From Octopus vulgaris (lineage: Eukaryota), in assembly GCA_951406725.2 (NCBI GenBank), contig OX597824.1, positions 78,120,001 through 78,184,000 of the forward strand: a stretch of DNA of 64,000 bases. Reading direction: 5' to 3'. A program made the translations under genes and the position numbers. Shown piece by piece: positions 56,008 through 64,000 of the stretch (positions are counted from its first letter, which is position 1; each line of letters starts with the position of its first letter). The notes beneath the pieces are model-generated. The model was given only the letters and a program-made list of their open reading frames with translations, was not told the origin of the DNA and did not search any database.

Positions 56008-56785
56008 GTAACAATATATATCACAGTACCAAATATAACCTTATATCAATAAGCATTATAACAAAAGTTGGTCATCTTATTATAACCATGCGCACAATAA
56101 CAATCCAATACTCCAACGCAGAAAAAATACCGAGACTAACGCTTTCACAGTTCGACCTCAACTGTCGACTGGCTCACCTATTTATAAGACTCGTCCATTT
56201 TACTGAGAGTCATGTGCGATGGTGTCAGTTTACTCCACGACAAAATGAAATTCGTAAACGAAGTTAAATTCGAAAAACATACCTTCATCAGAAAATTTGC
56301 TTTTTAGCGTCGCGAGAATCTATCATATTTTAGGAAATTTTCGTATAAAATTTATGCTGACTATCGTAGTTTTCTTGAATACGTAGGCGGAAATTTTTAT
56401 CAGCATTATCTCATTTAAAATCAGTTGCCAATAGGAATTAGAGCATCCTCAATAATTAAATCAGCTTACCATTCAGTGTAACATATTGTTTCTCATTTAC
56501 GTTTAAAGAACATTAGGGCAGCAAGTTGGTAGAATCGTTAATGTGCATGATAATATGTTTAGCATTATCTTTCTTAGCCTTCTCTTTTACTCTCTTTTAC
56601 TTGTTCCAGTCATTTGACTGTGGCCATGTCGGAGCATCGCCTTTAGTCGAGCAAATCTACCCCAGTACTTTTTCTTTGTAAGCCTATACTATTGGTCTCT
56701 CGCGCCGAACCACTAAGGTACAGGAACGTAAACACACCAGCATCAGTTGTCAAGCGATGTTGGGGGAACAAACACAGACACACAA

Positions 56786-56828
<43 letters not shown>

Positions 56829-56877
56829 TACATACATACATACATACATACATACATACATACATACATACATACAT

Positions 56878-57139
56878 TTCGTTTTTGGATTTGGTTTGCA
56901 AGATTCTTTATATGAGTTCGTGTGTTGAAACATATTCTGTTGCGTCTGGGGAGAGTCATTTTCTTTTTGTGCCTTATAATGTAACACACACACCGGTAAA
57001 ATTTCCACTTATTTCTTATTTTTATTTTCCTAAAATTTTCGTTGCGTCTTACAACCATTTCGATAGTTTTGAAATCTTACTGGTGAGTGTGTTACGTTAT
57101 AAGGCACAAAAAGAAAATGACTCTCCCCAGACACAACAG
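56878..57139. mobile_element. Fold-back element with ~69-bp arms inside a SINE microsatellite
   Basis: 56937-57005 inverts 57071-57139. The spacer has GUUGU(AAGAC)GCAAC-GAAAAUUU on the minus strand, a partial HHR-like motif. Confidence 0.7.
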
Positions 57140-57157
57140 TATATATATATATATATA

Positions 57158-57353
57158 ACGGGAAGGTTTACGAAAATAAACAAAAGACGAAGGCAGGTGG
57201 AGTACAAACAAACAAATGTATTAGTATAACGCTCAGGAATAGAAATAGAAAAAGTCTTTTAAGTTTCGAGCCTACGCTCTTCGACAGAAAGATACACAGA
57301 AAAATCAAGGAGAGAAAGAAATGCGTGTAGGAGCTAACGATCTATCATGGCGT

Positions 57354-57355
<2 letters not shown>
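57158..57355 (-). mobile_element. Related pLTR-like copy (motif at 57255-57292)
   Basis: Colinear with 22725-22915, with (TA)n flanks. Confidence 0.65.
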
Positions 57356-57419
<64 letters not shown>

Positions 57420-58124
57420 AAATGAGAAAATGGAGAAATATATCTAAATCAATCATCAACCATCAGATAATACCCAATCAATACTTTATTAAACCATTAC
57501 ATAATAGCAATGATATTATACATTAATATAGTACAAATATAACAAGACATAGAAATAGAAATATATATACATATATACAACGGCCTTCTTTCAGCTTCCG
57601 TCTACCAAATCCACTCACAAAGCTTTGGCCGGCCCGAGGCTATAGTAGAAGACACTTGCCCAAGGTGCCACGCAGTGGGACTGAACCAGGAATCATGTGG
57701 TTGGTAAGCAAGCTACTCACCACACAGCCACTCCTACGCCGGTATATTCTAAGTTCAAATTCCGGCGATGTTCGCTTTGCGTTTCATCCATTCGTGATCT
57801 ATAAAAAATATACCAGTTGAGCACTAGGGTCGATGTAATCGACTATCAATTTCCCATTAAGACAGTATACCTTGTGCTAAAACTGGAAACAATTACAGGC
57901 GGATAGCTGAGAGAACCATTAGTGCGTCAGACAAAACGTTTGGCGGCATTGTTAACGACTCTTTAATTTCCGAGTTGAAATCCGGCTGAGGTTAACTTTG
58001 ACTTTGATCCGTTCATCATCAATAAAAATAAAGTGTCAGACAAATAATGGGGTCGATGTAATCGACTAATCCTCTCTCCCGAAAATAGTTGGTTTTGTAC
58101 CAAAATTAGGAGCAATTAAATAAT

Positions 58125-58697
58125 CATTTCTATGCCTAGATTTTGTGGTGAAGTGTAAACCAATTACATCGACCCTAGTATTCAACTGCTACTTAATTTA
58201 TCGACCCGGTATGGGATGAAAGGCAAATTGAACCTCGGCGGAATTTGAACTCAGAACGTAGCGGCAGACGAAATACCTATTTCTTTACTACCTACAAGGG
58301 GCTAAACACAGAGAGGACAAACAAGGACAGACAAACGGATTAAGTCTAGTACATCGACTCCAGTGCGTAACTGGTACTTATTTAATCGGCCCCGAAAGAA
58401 TGAACGTCGAAAGTCGACATCGGCGGAATTTGAACTCAGAACATAGCGACAGACGAAATACCTGTTTCTTTACTACCCACAAGGAACTAAACACAGAGGG
58501 AACAAACAAGGACAGACATAGGTATTAAGTCGATTATATCGACCCCAGTGCCTAACTGGTACTTAATTTATCAACTCCGAAAGGATGAAAGGCAAAGTCG
58601 ACCTCGGCGGAATTTGAACTCAGAATGTAGCGGCAGACGAAAGACCGCTAAACATTTCGCCCGGCGTGCTAACGGTTCTACCAGCTCGCCGCCTTCA
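58125..58697 (-). mobile_element. SINE family C with three body units
   Basis: TSD AGCAATTAAATAAT at 58111-58124 and 58698-58711. Older family C copies lie near 5630, 30300, 32790, 36370, 54880, 57745, 57900, 58715 and 61545. Confidence 0.85.
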
Positions 58698-59373
58698 AGC
58701 AATTAAATAATTATTTCTTTATTGCCCACGAGGGGCTAAACATAGAGGGGACAAACAAGGACAAAGGCCAGCAACTTCGAAGTAGGAGGGAAGTGGATTA
58801 CTAGAGATCAACTGGTACTTACTTTATCGACACCGCAAAGATGAATGGCGAAGTCGACCACCTTGATGACATTTGAACTCAGAAAATACAGACGGACGAA
58901 ATGCCGCTAAGCATTTTGTCCGATCAGCTAACGATTCTCGATGCTTTGCTTTCCTTTTATGATGAGAGTGAATAATAAGAAAAGTATAAGAAGAGAAAGA
59001 TGCTATTAAATGGTAAAAGAGTGTAAAGAAAGAGTAAAAAATAAAGATCACAAAATTCTATACAAACGTATTGGTGAAATATATTTAAATATTTGCAATT
59101 GGAAGTTGGCAATAGCAAATTTAATTTTAGACAGGAGAATAATAAAAACACGGAATGTTTCCAAAAATGATTTACTTAAAGATAATTAAATTTGCAACTG
59201 TAGTGCACCCACCAAGGGCAAGGGATGTTACAAGAAATACAAAACAGCAAATGCAAAACAGATTGTGTGCATACTCGTTTATACAGACGTACATACATAC
59301 ATACATACATACATACGTAGATTTACACATATATATATATACACGCACATGTACATGCTTGTATATATGTGTG

Positions 59374-59413
<40 letters not shown>

Positions 59414-59565
59414 CATGCATATATATATACATATATATATACACATATGGATACATAGATAAATAGAAGATGTGTAAATAAATATATGCAGGTAAAATAA
59501 ATAAGTATATATGACTATATATGTATATGAGTGTTTGTAAATATTCATACACAAACACACACGCA

Positions 59566-59628
<63 letters not shown>

Positions 59629-59761
59629 GTGTGTGTGTATATATGCAAGTGTGTATATATGTAAATATGCATACATATACGTGTATGTGTATGCATATAC
59701 ACATACATATTTACACACATATACATCTATAAATGCGTACATACGTACATACATACATACA

Positions 59762-59792
<31 letters not shown>

Positions 59793-60175
59793 GTACATGC
59801 ATACATACGTGCTTAGACGTGCGTATTTGTATATGTATGTCTGCATGAGTAATTATTATTCTTATTCGAAATACGTCAATCACCTGTTTTCTGCTCGCGG
59901 AGAAAAATAACAACAAACATTTGTTTACATTTGTCGAACACTTGCAGCATCGTATAAATGCTCAAAGGCTGGAATAAAAATCTAATAATAATAACAATAA
60001 ACATTTAGTTTTACCTGAATACACATTTATAATTATCCACACACAAACATACCCACACACTCCTGTACGCAACGACAATTAATTGAATTAAAGGCTAAGA
60101 AAACTTTAAATTATACTTGTCAGACCAACTGATTTTTCGGCTCCACCACATTTATTGGCTATAAATAACAATGAG

Positions 60176-60227
<52 letters not shown>

Positions 60228-60417
60228 GAAGGAGCGTAGGAAAAATAACTTGTGAAAACAAAACCAGCTGAACTCAAATCTATATCATTCGTTTAACATC
60301 GAGTTACCCACTTCCCCTGAATTTACTGGCGTTGAGCCAAAATTTGAAATCATCATCCCAACCACCACCATCATCATCATCATCATCAACATCATCAATA
60401 TTATTATCATTATTTTT

Positions 60418-60969
60418 GAGTGAGAGAGCAAAGTGACACTGGGGTAAAATATACGAAGGCCAGTATACCCATCATGACTACCCGTTTGATAAGGGTACAC
60501 CAGGCACATGTATCACAACCATATGTGCGCGACATGGTGATCTCATATCAAGATTAACAGTGCATAACCTTTGCATGACCTTGCAGAGGAAGCCCAGTTA
60601 GAATTTTTTAAAGTTTGGTTAGCCCATCCCGCTCAAATGATCCCTAAATAAGGGTTGTTTAAGGATGTTGAACGAAACACCCATGTTTCCAAAGGTTAAT
60701 TATCCAAACCCAAAATAATTCCTCTCAACACATGGCCATGGTGCTCCCCCACTATTACTGCTCGTGATCAGAGATGCACATATCGTCAGCCACTAAGGGA
60801 CATGCTCAACTGGTTATGGTCAAACAACTGACAAGCAAATTTGTGGTATTGAGCAGAATATTTGCTGTAGCCCATCTTTCATACCAAGACAAAACAATGT
60901 ACATGATAACACTTCCAATCAGCTAAGATCAGAAGCCATGAGAGCCACTGCCTTGTACTGAATCAGGGC
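60418..60969 (-). mobile_element. Second copy of the (AAT)n-inserted 550-bp element
   Basis: Reverse complement of 34151-34704, with (ATT)n flanks. Confidence 0.85.
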
Positions 60970-60977
60970 ATTTATTA

Positions 60978-61050
<73 letters not shown>

Positions 61051-61067
61051 CATCATTATTATCATTA

Positions 61068-61113
<46 letters not shown>

Positions 61114-61154
61114 CATTATTATTATTATCATTATTATTATTATTTTTATTATTA

Positions 61155-61216
<62 letters not shown>

Positions 61217-61271
61217 GTTATCATTATTATTATCATTATTATTATCATCATTATCATCATCATCATCATCA

Positions 61272-61342
<71 letters not shown>
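60970..61342. repeat. Long (ATT)n/(ATC)n microsatellite
   Basis: Direct reading of the sequence. Confidence 0.95.
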
Positions 61343-61344
<2 letters not shown>

Positions 61345-61929
61345 TGGTGTGCACGGATGTCTTACATTCAGAATCAAATCAGTGTCCTTTATATCGGCTC
61401 ACAACCAGTTTCCCTAGACATCTTACTATCCTAGCTGTTCCCAATCGTGCAAATAACTGAATTAATGCAGACCACGTAGTTACACCAATCTCGACGAGGG
61501 AACTGTTTAGTCTGTTAGCGATGCCCTTAAACAACTGGGTTTAAGGCGGCGAACTGGCAGAATCGTTAGCACGCCGTCAAAGAAAATACTTGAGAGCATT
61601 GTTATCTGTCTGAAAGTTCTGAATTCAAATCCCGTTAAGTTCGACTTGGCCTTTCATCTTTTCGTAGTTGATAAAGTAAGTACCAGCCCTGTACTGGGGT
61701 TTATGTAAATCAACTAACCACTTCTCACTCAAATCAACAGTAATAGTAATACTACTAATAGTACGACTCCTAAACTATGTTCGAATTTTTTATATAATGT
61801 TTGTACTGATTTATTTAAGCCTATTTTCATCATTTTGTTTTCAATCTATATTTCAGAGACTTAAATCTAAATTAGTCTGAAGCAATTCGTCTTTCTGACA
61901 GCTATACCATAAACATATGAGCCTCTAAC

Positions 61930-62006
<77 letters not shown>

Positions 62007-62403
62007 GTACGCGAGCATGGGAACTAGAACTGCGTCAAGAGCAAATTTATGTCACTATATTGATGACGATGAGGCAAGATAGCAATGCTTCTGAAAAATG
62101 TCAGACATGATTAAGCAGGATCTAACCCACTCTGCCAGTTGGATAAGTTTCAGATATAGATAATCTAGTGGAATAACAAACGCTTTAATACGCACATCTA
62201 TCTATTTATCTATCTATTTATCTGTCTGCTTGTGTACTGATCTATCAAAGTATATATTTATTTATCTATCATTCCCTATCTCTTTCTCCCACTCCCCCAC
62301 TTTATACACATCCACATGTATAGATAAAATATGGTATGTATATGTATATCTATATGTGTGTATATATATGTGTGTTTGTGTATATTATATGTGTGTGTGT
62401 GTA

Positions 62404-62469
<66 letters not shown>

Positions 62470-62648
62470 TGTGTGTGTGTGTGTGTGTGCGAGTGTATGT
62501 GAGTTGCGAAACTACTTGGATGTCTCGGACATTGACGGATGAGGAATCAGCCGCGAAACTTCCGTTTACGATGGTTTTGTCAAACTTTCCGTTTGTTCTG
62601 TTTTCATAAAATATTTCCGTTTGTTGTGTTTTCCTCATTAAGTCCTTG

Positions 62649-62719
<71 letters not shown>

Positions 62720-63229
62720 GAGAGACAGAGAAAGAGAGAGAACAGCAGTTTGAAATGTTTAACCAGAAAGGAAATCTATAATTGTCACTAAATGTGACTA
62801 GGATGTTAGAAACACCTACATTGTTAGAAATAAGAGCTAAAATGTTCAAATGATGTAGCCAAAGCACATAATTGTATACATATTTACAGGCAGGACCTAC
62901 AATCGTCCAAAATCACTGTTCGAGAATTCCTTATGCTGAATTCAGTTTCGGCTATCTCCGTTGTCTCATCCGTAAGGACTGGCTCTACTTCGGTAGATTT
63001 CGGACTTAATTCTCAGTCTGTATATATGGTGTCATCATAGGAATCTGCGAGTGATTTAGCGAATATCTAATGTGTATATGCCATTCAATATTTGTTCTGT
63101 CTCTTTACTTACTGAGGTCGCTTGGTGCCTGACTGTATCGGGCATCTTTGAGCAATATTACTTGTGTGAACAGGAATGATTTTCTGTCTAGATTATTACT
63201 GGTCTTCCATAACAAACCCTTACCTATGC

Positions 63230-63798
63230 AACACACAAATATATACACACACATATATATATATATATACACATACATACGATGGGCTTCTTTCAGTTTC
63301 CGTCTACCAAATCCACTTACAAGGCTTTGGTCGACTCGGCCTATAGTAGAAGACACTTGCCCAAGGTGCCACGCAGTGGAACTAAACCCGGAACCATGCG
63401 GTTGGTAAACAAGCTACTTACCACACAGCCACTCCTACGCCTTATAAAAATAATTCAGTATTGAGTCGATTTGTTCGACTATACCCTTCAAGGAGACGCT
63501 ACAGCATGGCCACAGTCCAAAGGCTAAAACAACTAAAAGAAAAGTTCTAAGAAGTACAAGCACAGTGTATAACTTATGTTCTCTTATATGTTTCAATCAT
63601 TTGACTGCGACCGTGCTGGAGCACCGCCTGAAAGGGTTTTGATGGAACAAATCCCCCCCAAGACCCTGTAAGCCTAGTATTTATTCTATCGGTTCTCTTT
63701 TGCTGAGCCGCTAAGTTACGGGGACGTAAACACACCAATGTCCGTTGTCAAGCGATGAGGGGACAAACACAAACACTCATACTTATATATACACGTAA

Positions 63799-63841
<43 letters not shown>

Positions 63842-64000
63842 TACACACACACATACACAGACACACACACACACATATATATTTATATATGACGGGTTTC
63901 TATCAGTTTCCGTGTACCAAATCCGTTGACAATGCTTTTGTCGACCCGAAGCTATAACAGAAGACACTTCTTCAAAGTGCCACGCAGTGGGACTGAACCT
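63230..64000 (-). mobile_element. Cluster of SINE family A pieces (63230-63441 minus, 63460-63540 plus tail, 63590-64000 minus)
   Basis: Each piece matches the family consensus. Confidence 0.8.

Larger units (their letters stand above)
56582..57740 (-). mobile_element. SINE family A halves separated by pLTR-like insertions in the microsatellite
   Basis: 3' half at 56582-56790 and 5' half at ~57575-57740. Confidence 0.7.

Noticed and set aside
56179-56186. Minus-strand TATAAATA box
   Set aside because: Expected by chance in AT-rich DNA, with no supported downstream exon.

Overview
AT-rich eukaryotic DNA saturated with microsatellites and repeats. The repeat content suggests an octopus or other cephalopod genome; this is inference. 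No intact host gene is supportable, and nearly all listed ORFs are translations of (TA)n, (TCTA)n, (AAT)n or (CAT)n runs or of SINEs. Recognisable content: R4/Dong-type RLE retrotransposon fragments inside (TAA)n tracts, CR1 and RTE LINE fragments, a Tc1 DD34E transposase remnant, two non-autonomous Helitrons, a piggyBac-type MITE, three tRNA-derived SINE families and a TTAGGG-containing TIR element. The most notable signal is a set of non-coding, hammerhead-ribozyme (HHR)-bearing elements inserted in (TA)n. It includes a head-to-tail array of ~475-bp monomers at 18982-21088, each direct monomer carrying a type I HHR (retrozyme or Penelope pLTR-like), a divergent homolog at 33301-33755 with covarying stems, and several fold-back copies, some with non-canonical cores. 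Also notable: the TTAGGG-containing TIR element is flanked by very long direct duplications (29 bp and ~92 bp), and a 550-bp non-coding element shares the (TAA)n target of Dong. All coordinates were read by eye and may be off by a few bases.
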